Below, one piece after another: positions 40,147 to 48,742 of a stretch of 63,925 nucleotides of DNA; within the stretch, counting starts at the first letter, position 1; the number at the start of each line of letters is the position of its first letter. The stretch is from an uncultured Opitutaceae bacterium (GTDB lineage Bacteria; Verrucomicrobiota; Verrucomicrobiia; Opitutales; Opitutaceae), in contig CAYSBR010000022.1 in assembly GCA_964429385.1 (NCBI GenBank), forward strand, positions 1 through 63,925. The letters run 5' to 3'. Below the pieces are notes generated by a model, which was given only the letters and a program-made list of their open reading frames with translations, was not told the DNA's origin and searched no databases. A program made the position numbers and the translations under genes.

Positions 40147-40161
40147 TGGCACAGCAATTGC
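40147..40161 (+). promoter_or_regulatory. Sigma-54 promoter, perfect TGGCAC-agcaa-TTGC, ending 12 nt before ATG 40174
   Basis: Exact consensus; implies a leaderless or near-leaderless transcript. Confidence 0.7.
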
Positions 40162-40173
40162 CGATATCCGCCC

Positions 40174-41019
40174 ATGATGATTCCAAATCGCTTTCTTACC
40201 TGCAAGCGGCTGGGGACGGCCGCCGTGGCCCTGTTTTTTTCCTGCCTGCTTGCCGCCCAGGGACCGGAGGATTCCCGCGAAGACCAGCAGGTGCGCGTGC
40301 AGATCACCGAGCTCGGCCTGCTCCGCACGCTCATCCTCATGGCGCCCGATTCGCAGGATCTCGCCGGGCAGGTGCGGCAACAGTTTGTGGACCGCGACTA
40401 TGAGGTTTACACCGACGCCCAGCGCATCTCGGGCCGCGTGACCTCGGCGCAGATGCGCGAGGCGGGCGAGTCGGAAAACGCCGACCTCGTCGTCTATGCG
40501 CGCATCGTCGGCGACCGCCGCCGCAGCAATGCCTCGGGGTTCAAGCTCTATGAGGCGACGGCGGGGGTGCAGGTCTTCAACCGGCTCACCGGCCGCGAGG
40601 TCGTGAGCAAGGAGGTGCGCGTGAGCGGCACCCGCCATCCCGATGAAATCGAGGCCCGGCGCTCGGCACGGGAGAAGGCGATGGAGCGGGCGACGCGCGA
40701 AGCCATCGAGGGCACGCTCGCCACGGCGCACAAGATCCTCGTGCACCATGCCGTCATCGTGAACGTCTTCAGCGAAAGCGGACTGCTCGCCCTCATGGAA
40801 TACATGGGGAAGATGGAAGGCGTCTATCACGTGAAGCGACTGGAGTTCGACCGGCAGACCAACGAGGCGCTCATCGAGATCATCGGCGAGCCGCGCTCGC
40901 AGACCTTCTGGCGCGCCTATCTGGAAAAGCTGCCCAAGACCAAGGTGAACGTGCAGGTGACGCCCAACGACAGCCTGCACAACAAGTATCCCGACTGGTT
41001 CCTGCCGCCCGCGCAGTGA
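40174..41019 (+). CDS. Secreted hypothetical protein (signal peptide MMIPNRFLTCKRLGTAAVALFFSCLLAAQG)
   Basis: In-frame ATG pair at 40174/40177 followed by a canonical signal peptide; 281 aa. Confidence 0.55.
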   Translation: MMIPNRFLTCKRLGTAAVALFFSCLLAAQGPEDSREDQQVRVQITELGLLRTLILMAPDSQDLAGQVRQQFVDRDYEVYTDAQRISGRVTSAQMREAGESENADLVVYARIVGDRRRSNASGFKLYEATAGVQVFNRLTGREVVSKEVRVSGTRHPDEIEARRSAREKAMERATREAIEGTLATAHKILVHHAVIVNVFSESGLLALMEYMGKMEGVYHVKRLEFDRQTNEALIEIIGEPRSQTFWRAYLEKLPKTKVNVQVTPNDSLHNKYPDWFLPPAQ

Positions 41020-41047
41020 ACTCCGTTTCCTTCCCCCTTCTTTCCAC

Positions 41048-41806
41048 ATGAAAACGCTCTTCATCCTTCTCGCCGCCCTGGCCGGTGCCGTTTCACTCGC
41101 CGCCCAATCCGCCACCACGCCCGCGCCCGCCGCCCCGCCGGTGGCCGTCACCCCGGCGCTCAAGCCCGTGGACTGGAAGGCCGATCCCACGATGACGGAA
41201 TACGCCAAGCAGGCGGGCACGCTCGCCATCCAGGAATGGGTGCAGGAATTCCTCGGCAAGCAATTCGACGCGAAGCGCTATGCGATCTTCCCCGTCGGCA
41301 GCGACCTCGACGACGGGTATTTCACGCTGCAAATCCGCAATCTTTTCGCCAGCGGCGCGCTGGGTTCGGACTACTCGCTCTACACGCGCGAGGATCCGGC
41401 CTGGGACGCCATTGTGGAAAAGGAGATGCGGATGGGCTTCGACCGCGAGGGCATGATGGACGAGGAAACCATCGCGCGGTGGGGTCGGGAGAACGGCGTG
41501 CAGGGCGCGATCCGCGGCCGCATCTCCGGCGTGTTCCTCGGCCAGGGCCCGGGCACGGGCGGCATCCGCATGGCGGACGACGCCCGCATCCTGCAGGTGC
41601 GCGTGCTGCTCCAGGTTTTTGAAATCGAGACCGGCCGCCTCCTGTGGGGGGCCGAGCGCGTGGCCGCCGTGCAATTGCCCGACGAGTCACTGATCATCCC
41701 CGGGACCAAGCGCCAGTGGATCCTCTATGGCGGGGCCGGCCTCCTCGGCCTGATCGTGATCATCTTCATCCTGCGCGCGCTCAAGTCGGCCAACCGTCCC
41801 CGCTGA
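41048..41806 (+). CDS. Exported hypothetical protein with signal peptide and C-terminal TM anchor
   Basis: MKTLFILLAALAGAVSLAAQ signal; C-terminal WILYGGAGLLGLIVIIFIL TM. Confidence 0.55.
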   Translation: MKTLFILLAALAGAVSLAAQSATTPAPAAPPVAVTPALKPVDWKADPTMTEYAKQAGTLAIQEWVQEFLGKQFDAKRYAIFPVGSDLDDGYFTLQIRNLFASGALGSDYSLYTREDPAWDAIVEKEMRMGFDREGMMDEETIARWGRENGVQGAIRGRISGVFLGQGPGTGGIRMADDARILQVRVLLQVFEIETGRLLWGAERVAAVQLPDESLIIPGTKRQWILYGGAGLLGLIVIIFILRALKSANRPR

Positions 41807-41843
41807 ACGCATGTTCCTCCGGTCCAAAGGACGGAAGCGCCCG

Positions 41844-42404
41844 ATGAAAATGGCGGCCATCCGCTTGCTGCTGGTTTTCGCTGTTAGCGGGCTGTCCGCC
41901 TCCGAAATTTTTGCCGCCCCGGTGACAGTGATGGCGCAGGCGCGGCAAGACCCCGCGGCGCTCGCGGAGTTAAATGCGGTGCTTTGGCAGCCCCTGGAAT
42001 CTGCCTTTGCCGCGGGCGATGCCGCGGCTTGGCGCGCTTTGTTCAAGCCCGGTGCACTGCTGGCCAGTGGCGATATGCCAACCCTCAACCTGGTTGAAAC
42101 GCAGGCTCTCGGCGTGGAACGCCGGTTCAAGCTTCGGCATGGCCGCGAGGGATTCGGCTTGGTGGTTCGATTTACGGAGCGTGCTGTGGCGGGAGGGCTG
42201 GCGTCGGAGCGCGGGATTATCGAGGAAACAAACTGGAGCGTGCGGGACCGCTGGGAAAAGGTTTACCGCGAATTCCATGCGTTTGCGCGCAAGGTGGACG
42301 GCGTGTGGCAGTTCGAGGTCTTTTACCAAAAAACGCTGTCGGGTGATTATGCGAGCCGGGCCTTTGCCGCGGCGTCGGCGATGGCGGATCTCAAACGGTT
42401 TTAA
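41844..42404 (+). CDS. Exported hypothetical protein (NTF2/SnoaL-like fold suspected)
   Basis: Signal peptide MKMAAIRLLLVFAVSGLSASEIFAAP; ~185 aa. Confidence 0.45.
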   Translation: MKMAAIRLLLVFAVSGLSASEIFAAPVTVMAQARQDPAALAELNAVLWQPLESAFAAGDAAAWRALFKPGALLASGDMPTLNLVETQALGVERRFKLRHGREGFGLVVRFTERAVAGGLASERGIIEETNWSVRDRWEKVYREFHAFARKVDGVWQFEVFYQKTLSGDYASRAFAAASAMADLKRF

Positions 42405-42434
42405 ACCATCACGACAACAAGCCGCACAGACTGC

Positions 42435-44273
42435 ATGGACGACCTCGACTTCGGCGCCACGATCAAGGGGTTTTCCCCGGGACAGAAGGTTTTCAACCGC
42501 TACACGCTGACGCGCATCTTGGGGCGCGGCGGCATGGGTGTCGTCTGGCTGGCGCGGGACGAGGAACTGGAGCGCAATGTCGCCCTGAAGTTTCTGCCCG
42601 AAGTAGTCGTGCTTGACCGCGAGGCGGTGGACGAACTCAAGCGCGAGACGCGGCGCAATCTGGAGCTGACGCATCCGCACATCGTGCGGATCTACGATTT
42701 TGTGTCGGATGGTCGCGCGGCGGCGATCTCGATGGAGTATGTGGAGGGAGCCTCGCTCTCGGCCCTGAAGGTGGAGCAGCCGGAGAAGGTCTTTCCGGTG
42801 GAGAAACTCCGTCGCTGGGTGGCGCAGGTGGGCGAGGCGCTGGAGTATGCGCACACGCGGGCCAAGGTGGTGCACCGCGACATCAAGCCAGCCAACCTGA
42901 TGATTGACGCGCAGGGCGACGTGAAGGTGACGGACTTCGGGATTGCGCGTTCGATTGCCGACAGCGTCAGCCGCGTCAGCGCGCAACTGGCGGGCAGCAG
43001 CGGGACGCCGGTGTATATGAGCCCGCAGCAGATGATGGGGGAGAACCCGGCGGTGGCGGACGATGTGTATGCCCTGGGGGCGACGCTGTATGAATTGCTG
43101 ACGGGGAAGCCGCCTTTCTACACGGGCAACGTGGTTTTGCAGGTGCAGCACAAGGTGCCGCCGACGCTGGCCGCGCGCCGCGAAGAGCTGGGCCTCAAGG
43201 CCGGGCCGGTGCCGGAGCATTGGGAGAAGACCATCGCCGCGTGTCTGGCGAAGGAGCCGGCGGAGCGGCCGAAAAGCATGGCGGAGGTGGTGCGGTTGCT
43301 TGACGGGCCGGGCCCCGGAGCGGACACGGCGAAGGATCCCTCCGCGCTATTCGAGGAGGTTTTTGGAAAGGCGCCTTTTACCAAGCTCTTTGATGAGGTT
43401 CCCGGATCATCACCAGTCGGCGGGTGTGAACGCGGGACCGATCTGCACAGTGAACTGAGCCTGACGGCGGACGAGCTGGCGAAGGGTGGTGAGCGCCACG
43501 TCCACTTTCCGCGGGCGGGTCAGACGGTCCGGCTCGTATTGACGATCCCCCCGCAATCGCGGGCAGGGCAGAAACTGCGCATCCGGGGACAGGGTGGGCC
43601 GGGGGTGAATGGTGGCGAGGCGGGGGATTTATATATCGTCCTGCAACTGGCCGCCGAGCCGGCGGTGCCGCCCTCTGGTCGGCGGGGGTTGGCTGCCTCT
43701 GTTCCGCGGTTGCTCGCCGCCTTGGTCGGCTCGGCGATCTTGCTGGGCGTGGCGATTCGCTGGCTTCTGGGGGTGTGGAGCAACGAATTGGCGTGGGACT
43801 GGCGTTGGTATGATTACTCCACCTTGCTGGGCTGGAGCATAATCACCGCGCTTTTCGGAGGCTGGGCAACCTCAGGCCGGCTGGGCCGGGGATGCTGGAC
43901 GATCTTTGCCGCGGGCGTGGGGCTGACGGGTATCCTGTATATGGAGACGGGGGAATTGCTTTTGTATGGCGGCTCGTATGATAGCGCGGCCCTGGCCTTC
44001 AATCTCACGGGCGCATCGGTGGCGGGCATGATCCTGGGCGGGGTGGGCGGTTTCGCTCTGAGCCGGGTCGCGGGCCTGCGGCCAAGGCTGGGGCTGGAAA
44101 TATTCTGGGGGATCGTGGGTGGAGTGATCGTAACCGCGGGCGCACTGGTCGCCCAGCCGCCCCGTTTTTCGGATTTTGATTTCAGCCTCTTCTCCTGGTG
44201 CGTGATCGGCGGGCTCGGCTGGCTGCAGGCCCTCCGCTTGATGCTCGTGCGCGCACCGGCTCCGTCCGCTTAA
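42435..44273 (+). CDS. Ser/Thr protein kinase with DnaJ C-terminal-domain-like segment and ~8-TM C-terminal region (STK2)
   Basis: Kinase head ~85% identical to STK1/3/4; middle GQKLRIRGQGGPGVNGGEAGDLYIVLQ resembles DnaJ CTD; C-terminus with Gly-rich TM helices. Confidence 0.9.
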   Translation: MDDLDFGATIKGFSPGQKVFNRYTLTRILGRGGMGVVWLARDEELERNVALKFLPEVVVLDREAVDELKRETRRNLELTHPHIVRIYDFVSDGRAAAISMEYVEGASLSALKVEQPEKVFPVEKLRRWVAQVGEALEYAHTRAKVVHRDIKPANLMIDAQGDVKVTDFGIARSIADSVSRVSAQLAGSSGTPVYMSPQQMMGENPAVADDVYALGATLYELLTGKPPFYTGNVVLQVQHKVPPTLAARREELGLKAGPVPEHWEKTIAACLAKEPAERPKSMAEVVRLLDGPGPGADTAKDPSALFEEVFGKAPFTKLFDEVPGSSPVGGCERGTDLHSELSLTADELAKGGERHVHFPRAGQTVRLVLTIPPQSRAGQKLRIRGQGGPGVNGGEAGDLYIVLQLAAEPAVPPSGRRGLAASVPRLLAALVGSAILLGVAIRWLLGVWSNELAWDWRWYDYSTLLGWSIITALFGGWATSGRLGRGCWTIFAAGVGLTGILYMETGELLLYGGSYDSAALAFNLTGASVAGMILGGVGGFALSRVAGLRPRLGLEIFWGIVGGVIVTAGALVAQPPRFSDFDFSLFSWCVIGGLGWLQALRLMLVRAPAPSA

Positions 44274-44324
44274 CCGGACCGGGGCGGATGAATCATAGAG
44301 GAGTCGTTGATCTTGCCGGTTGAA

Positions 44325-44404
44325 GGGTGGGCCGTGCGCTCCGCGCGCGGCCCGGATGTGCTTCATCTTCTCAAAACCGCCGTGCGCGGAGCGCCCGGCC
44401 CACC
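44325..44404. repeat. REP/MITE-like palindromic element, copy 5
   Basis: Between convergent STK2 and bEBP stops. Confidence 0.85.
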
Positions 44405-44479
44405 TATGAGCGGGGAGCGCGGAGATTGGGTTGCTCGGAGGGCGGCGGGCGCGAGTGCGCGCGAGACATTGGCGCTGAC

Positions 44480-46138
44480 TCACCGCAGAGCGGCTTTCAC
44501 GCTGGCGGCGGCGAGCACCGGGTCGTCGGTCTCCATGGCGAGGCGCTGGATGACGTTGCGGAGTTCGCGGACGTTGCCGGGCCAGCGGTGTTTTTGCAGG
44601 GCGGCGAGGGCGTCGGGGGCGAAGCGGATGGCGGCGAGTCCGTTCTCGGCGCAGAACTGGTCGAGGAAGTGGCGGGCGAGGAGGGGGATGTCGCCGGGGT
44701 GCTCGCGCAGCGGGGGCACGGCGACGGTGGCGACTTCGAGGCGGTAGAGCAGATCTTCGCGGAAGTTGCCGGCTTTCACCTCGGCGCGCAGGTCGCGGTT
44801 GGTGGCGGCGAGGATGCGCACGTCCACCTTGGTCACGCGTTCGCTGCCGAGACGTTCGACTTCGCCGGATTCAAGGGCGCGCAGGAGTTTGGACTGGACG
44901 GGGAGAGGCAGTTCGCCGACTTCGTCGAGAAAGAGCGTGCCGCCGTGCGCGAGCTGGAACTTGCCCTGATGGTCGCTCTTCGCGTCGGTGAACGCGCCTT
45001 TCACATGGCCGAAGAGTTCGCTCTCCATGAGCGGGGCGGGAATGGCGGCGCAGTTGACCTTCACGAAGCGTTGCTTCGCGCGCGGGCTGTGGTCGTGAAG
45101 GAACTGGGCGACGACTTCCTTGCCGCTGCCGGTCTCGCCGGTGATGAGGGCGGTGGCCTTGGTGCGGGCGATGCGTTCAAGGCGCGTGCGCAGCGCGGCG
45201 AGCACGGGGCTGTCGCCGAGGAGGCCGGAGGCCGCGGCGGTGCGCTTGCGCAGGGTGTCGTTTTCTCGGCGGAGGGTGGTGAGCTCGCGGTTGCGCTGGC
45301 GGCCGCGGGGCCAGAGGCGCAGTGCGGCGTTGAGGAGGAGGCGGTCGGCGGCGGAGAACTCCTCCCAGCCGGCGGCGCGCAGGAGGACGACGACGGCGGC
45401 GCCGTCGCCGGTCGCGGTGGGCAGGGGGCAGGCGAGGAAATGCCAGTCGCCGAGCTTTTGCTGGAAGCGCGCGAGGTCGCGGGCGGTGTAGGTGGCGGCT
45501 TCGGGGAGGTGCCGGAATTTGTCGAGCAGGTAGGGCGCGAACTTCGGCACGCCTTTCACCTTCTCGGCCGCGGCGCTGAACTGGAGCTGGTCGTCGGGGG
45601 AATAATACTGGGCGACGGCGGCGCGCACGCCTTCGAGGAGCAGGTCGAGCAGGAGCGGTTCGGCGTCCTCGACGGGCTCGCCCTCGGTCACGCGGAAGCA
45701 GAGGTGGTAGAGCGCGGCGAGGTGGCGTTCCTGCCGGGGGTCGGGCAGGGCGGGGCGGGCGTGCCGCGTTTCGAGCAGGGCCTTTTCATCGTCGGGCTCG
45801 GGGTGAAGTCCGGGGGTGACGGGGCGGACAAAGCCGGCGGCGAACTCCAGTTCGACGGTGCCGATCCGGATGCGGTCGCCGGGTTGCAGGACGGCTTCGC
45901 GTCGCGGGGCGCCGTTGACCTGCACGCCGTTGCGGCTGCGGAGGTCGCGCAGCAGGAAGCCGCTGTCGGCCGGCATGATCTCGGCGTGGCGGCGGGAGAC
46001 GGAGGGATCGTCGAGCACGATCGCGTTGTCGGAAGCGCGGCCGATGTCCGTGGCGGTGGCAGGGGCGAGGGCAAAGTTCGCGACCGGCCGGCCGTGGCGG
46101 AGCAATACCAGCGTGGGATTTTGCAGAGCGCGCAGCAT
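44480..46138 (-). CDS. Sigma-54-dependent transcriptional activator (bEBP) with N-terminal FHA domain in place of a receiver domain
   Basis: FHA ([34 protein letters not shown]...[10 protein letters not shown]), central AAA+ sigma54-interaction domain ([18 protein letters not shown]-like [15 protein letters not shown]), C-terminal Fis-type HTH ([14 protein letters not shown]). Confidence 0.9.
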   Translation of the reverse strand: MLRALQNPTLVLLRHGRPVANFALAPATATDIGRASDNAIVLDDPSVSRRHAEIMPADSGFLLRDLRSRNGVQVNGAPRREAVLQPGDRIRIGTVELEFAAGFVRPVTPGLHPEPDDEKALLETRHARPALPDPRQERHLAALYHLCFRVTEGEPVEDAEPLLLDLLLEGVRAAVAQYYSPDDQLQFSAAAEKVKGVPKFAPYLLDKFRHLPEAATYTARDLARFQQKLGDWHFLACPLPTATGDGAAVVVLLRAAGWEEFSAADRLLLNAALRLWPRGRQRNRELTTLRRENDTLRKRTAAASGLLGDSPVLAALRTRLERIARTKATALITGETGSGKEVVAQFLHDHSPRAKQRFVKVNCAAIPAPLMESELFGHVKGAFTDAKSDHQGKFQLAHGGTLFLDEVGELPLPVQSKLLRALESGEVERLGSERVTKVDVRILAATNRDLRAEVKAGNFREDLLYRLEVATVAVPPLREHPGDIPLLARHFLDQFCAENGLAAIRFAPDALAALQKHRWPGNVRELRNVIQRLAMETDDPVLAAASVKAALR

Positions 46139-46291
46139 GAGGGCAGATGTAGGCGTTCCGCGTGCCAAAACGGAAGGATTTTTCCCGGAGGCGGATGTTT
46201 TACGTGTTGCCCAATCCCATGGTGTGCACTGCATTGGCGCGCACAGCCCGTGACAGGTCGTCGGGAAGATAATGCAGAATTTCGGCGGACT

Positions 46292-46306
46292 TGGCACGGA
46301 CTTTGC
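46292..46306 (+). promoter_or_regulatory. Sigma-54 promoter, perfect TGGCAC-ggact-TTGC, ~60 bp upstream of the lipoprotein gene heading the 46366..55873 gene string
   Basis: Exact consensus; divergent from the FHA-bEBP gene. Confidence 0.8.
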
Positions 46307-46365
46307 CGGAATGGAGCCGACCACTTGTTCCGGTATCCTCTTCCTCCCTTCAACCCTCACTCTGC

Positions 46366-46899
46366 ATGAATATCCGAATCCTCACCCCGTTTGTGTTCGG
46401 CCTGGCGGCGCTGCTGCTGGCCGGCTGTGAAACCACCCAAGGCCCGTCGCCTGCGCTCAACAACCAGCCGGCCGTGCAGACGGGCAAGCGGCTCGACCCC
46501 GCGCCGGTGTCCCAGTCCTTTGCCGGCAAGAAGGATGTGTTCCAGGGAGCGGAATATGATCCCGGCGTGGGCGTGCCGCTCGATGGCGCGCGGCAGATCC
46601 GCCTGAGCCCGGGCCAGATCATGGAGGTTTACCGCGGCAGCTTCGCGCCCGGCGACGGGCAGCGCGAGATGGCTTTCTATTTGCCGGTCGAGGCGCGGTC
46701 GGTGGTGCAACTGGTCGTGGAGACCCGCGGGTTCACCAAGACCTATTTCCTGCGCGCGCTCGGCCCGGGCAACACCGTGGGCGGCGTGGTGGAGCGCCGC
46801 TGGCTCAACTCAGAAGGTTACGATCCACGCAACGCGGCGGACGAGGCGCGCATCCAGGCGGCCGTCCGCGCCGCTCCCTACCTGATCAACGTTTACTGA
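46366..46899 (+). CDS. Lipoprotein (lipobox LLAGC), hypothetical
   Basis: [21 protein letters not shown]... signal peptidase II motif. Confidence 0.6.
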   Translation: MNIRILTPFVFGLAALLLAGCETTQGPSPALNNQPAVQTGKRLDPAPVSQSFAGKKDVFQGAEYDPGVGVPLDGARQIRLSPGQIMEVYRGSFAPGDGQREMAFYLPVEARSVVQLVVETRGFTKTYFLRALGPGNTVGGVVERRWLNSEGYDPRNAADEARIQAAVRAAPYLINVY

Positions 46900-46907
46900 T
46901 GTCCGCC

Positions 46908-47138
46908 ATGAAATCGCCGTTTTTTCCCCGTCTGCGCGCCGGCCTTGTCGCGGTGTGCGCCACCCTTTCCCTCACCGCGTGCTGGACGGTTGAAACCGGA
47001 CCGGGCGTGACGCCCGATCCCGATCAGCGCGGCACGGTTTACGGAGTCGAGCCGGAGCATGCGCCCATCCCGCAGAAAGAGGTGCCCGCCGGCGAGTCTT
47101 CCCTGCGCAAGCGGGGCCCGGACCAGCGGATCGACTGA
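46908..47138 (+). CDS. Small lipoprotein (lipobox LTAC), hypothetical
   Basis: MKSPFFPRLRAGLVAVCATLSLTAC; 76 aa; start could be 46899. Confidence 0.4.
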   Translation: MKSPFFPRLRAGLVAVCATLSLTACWTVETGPGVTPDPDQRGTVYGVEPEHAPIPQKEVPAGESSLRKRGPDQRID

Positions 47139-47174
47139 ACCGCGCGCACACCCCTCACCGAGGAGCATATCACC

Positions 47175-48731
47175 ATGGGATTCTACAACCAACGCTGCCC
47201 GAACTGCGGCAAGGCCGTCTCGAAGGAAGCCGAATTTTGCAATGGCTGCGGCTGCCCGACCGCCAGTGCCTGGTCCAGTTGCCACCGCTGCGGCTCGGCC
47301 GTCGGCGCGGAGTCGAAGTTCTGCTGGAAGTGCGGCACCGAGCAGGATCCCGCCAAGCGCCAGCAGTTTTATGGCGATCGCTGGCAGCGTTCGCCGGAGG
47401 ACTTCGCCGTGCGGGTGGAGCTGAAGACGCCCGCCGCCGTGCTGCACCGCGGCCTGCAGGTGGACGATGGCACGATCGCGCTGGTGTTTCAGAATGGAAA
47501 ATTCCAGGGCCTGCTGGAGGCCGGCTACCATTCCTTCGACAATTTCTTCTCGCGGCTGCTCGGCTTCGACAAGGGCAAGGAGGCGCATGCCGTGCTCATC
47601 GACACGCGCGCGGCCGAGGTGGATTTCATGCTGGAGGACATCCGGCTGAGGAACCAGATCCCGGTGGATGCGCGGTTGCGGCTGCTCTTCCAGGTGCGCG
47701 AGCCCCGGCTTTTCGCCGAGCGCGTGCTCGATGGCGCGGGCGACTTTCAGACCAGCGACCTGACCGGCCGTTTCCAGGGCGAGGTGCGCGCCGCGGTGCA
47801 GGCCGTGGCGCAGGAGCGCACGCTGGACGAGGTGCTGCTTGCCGCCACCGCCCGCGAATTGCTGGAGCGCGATCTCATGGCGCGGCTGGAGCCGGCGCTG
47901 GCGCCCTTCGGCCTCGTGATCGAGGGCGTGCGGCTGGCTGAGTTCGGCGGCCCGGCCGTGGCCGAGATGCGCGCCAAGCTCGGGGAGATCGACCGGCTCA
48001 ACCGTGAGCTGGAGGCGAACCGCCGCCTGCAGGATGCGGTGCGCGCCGGCAAGATCGACGCCTATCGCGACGAGCAGCAGCTCAAGGATGCCTATGACCG
48101 CGTCACGCATGAATACGGGTTGAACACCGTGGCCCGCGAGGAGGACCGGAAGCGCTTTGTGCAGGTGCTGGAGCAGCAGACACAGGTCGAGGGCCTGCGG
48201 CTGGACTACGAGGCGCGCCGGGCCGAGATTCTCAACCGGCTGGATGAGCAGAAGCTGCGGCACCAATCGGAAATCGCCGATGCGGTGCATGGCGTGGAGC
48301 TGCGCAAGGTCGAGTTTGCCGAGGACATGCGCCAGCAGCGCGAGCGGTTCGGCACCGGGCAGGAGCAGCAGGTGACGCAGGCGAAGACGGATCTTGAGGT
48401 CGCGCGGCAGGGCGTCGAGGCGCTGAAGCTGGTGAAGCAGGCGAAATTCGAGGCGAAGAAAACCGAGGATGAGCACGAACTGGCGATGGAGGCGCAGCGC
48501 CTGCAGCTGCGCGGCAGTGCCGACATCAAGGCGCTGCTTGCCACGCTCGACGGCGAGAAGGCCGACCGCATCCTCAAGCTCGCCGAGCTGGAGATGCGCA
48601 AGGGGCTGGATGTCGAGCAGGCGCTGGCTCTGGTCGTCGAGAAATCCCCCGAGATCGCCCCGGCCGTGGCCGAGGCGATGCGGGCACGCTATGCCCGGCA
48701 GGGTGAGGCGGGCAATCCGGGCGGCGCCTGA
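47175..48731 (+). CDS. Zinc-ribbon - SPFH/band-7 (flotillin-like) - long coiled-coil protein
   Basis: N-term multiple CxxC (CPNCGKAV...CNGCGC...CHRCGSAV...CWKCGTE); SPFH-like core (GTIALVFQNGKFQGLLEAGYHSF...); ~250-aa EA/Q-rich coiled coil like flotillin. Confidence 0.6.
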   Translation: MGFYNQRCPNCGKAVSKEAEFCNGCGCPTASAWSSCHRCGSAVGAESKFCWKCGTEQDPAKRQQFYGDRWQRSPEDFAVRVELKTPAAVLHRGLQVDDGTIALVFQNGKFQGLLEAGYHSFDNFFSRLLGFDKGKEAHAVLIDTRAAEVDFMLEDIRLRNQIPVDARLRLLFQVREPRLFAERVLDGAGDFQTSDLTGRFQGEVRAAVQAVAQERTLDEVLLAATARELLERDLMARLEPALAPFGLVIEGVRLAEFGGPAVAEMRAKLGEIDRLNRELEANRRLQDAVRAGKIDAYRDEQQLKDAYDRVTHEYGLNTVAREEDRKRFVQVLEQQTQVEGLRLDYEARRAEILNRLDEQKLRHQSEIADAVHGVELRKVEFAEDMRQQRERFGTGQEQQVTQAKTDLEVARQGVEALKLVKQAKFEAKKTEDEHELAMEAQRLQLRGSADIKALLATLDGEKADRILKLAELEMRKGLDVEQALALVVEKSPEIAPAVAEAMRARYARQGEAGNPGGA

Positions 48732-48742
48732 GGCGGAATTTC

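Noticed and set aside
38395-40173. 5' two-thirds of the 874-aa plus-strand ORF 38395..41019
   Set aside because: Antisense to the ZnR-2xFHA gene. Only the distal part from ATG 40174 (signal peptide) looks genuine.
44327-46369. 680-aa plus-strand ORF over the bEBP gene
   Set aside because: Antisense to a textbook sigma-54 activator with intact Walker A/B and GAFTGA-like motifs. Gly/Ala/Glu-rich artefact.
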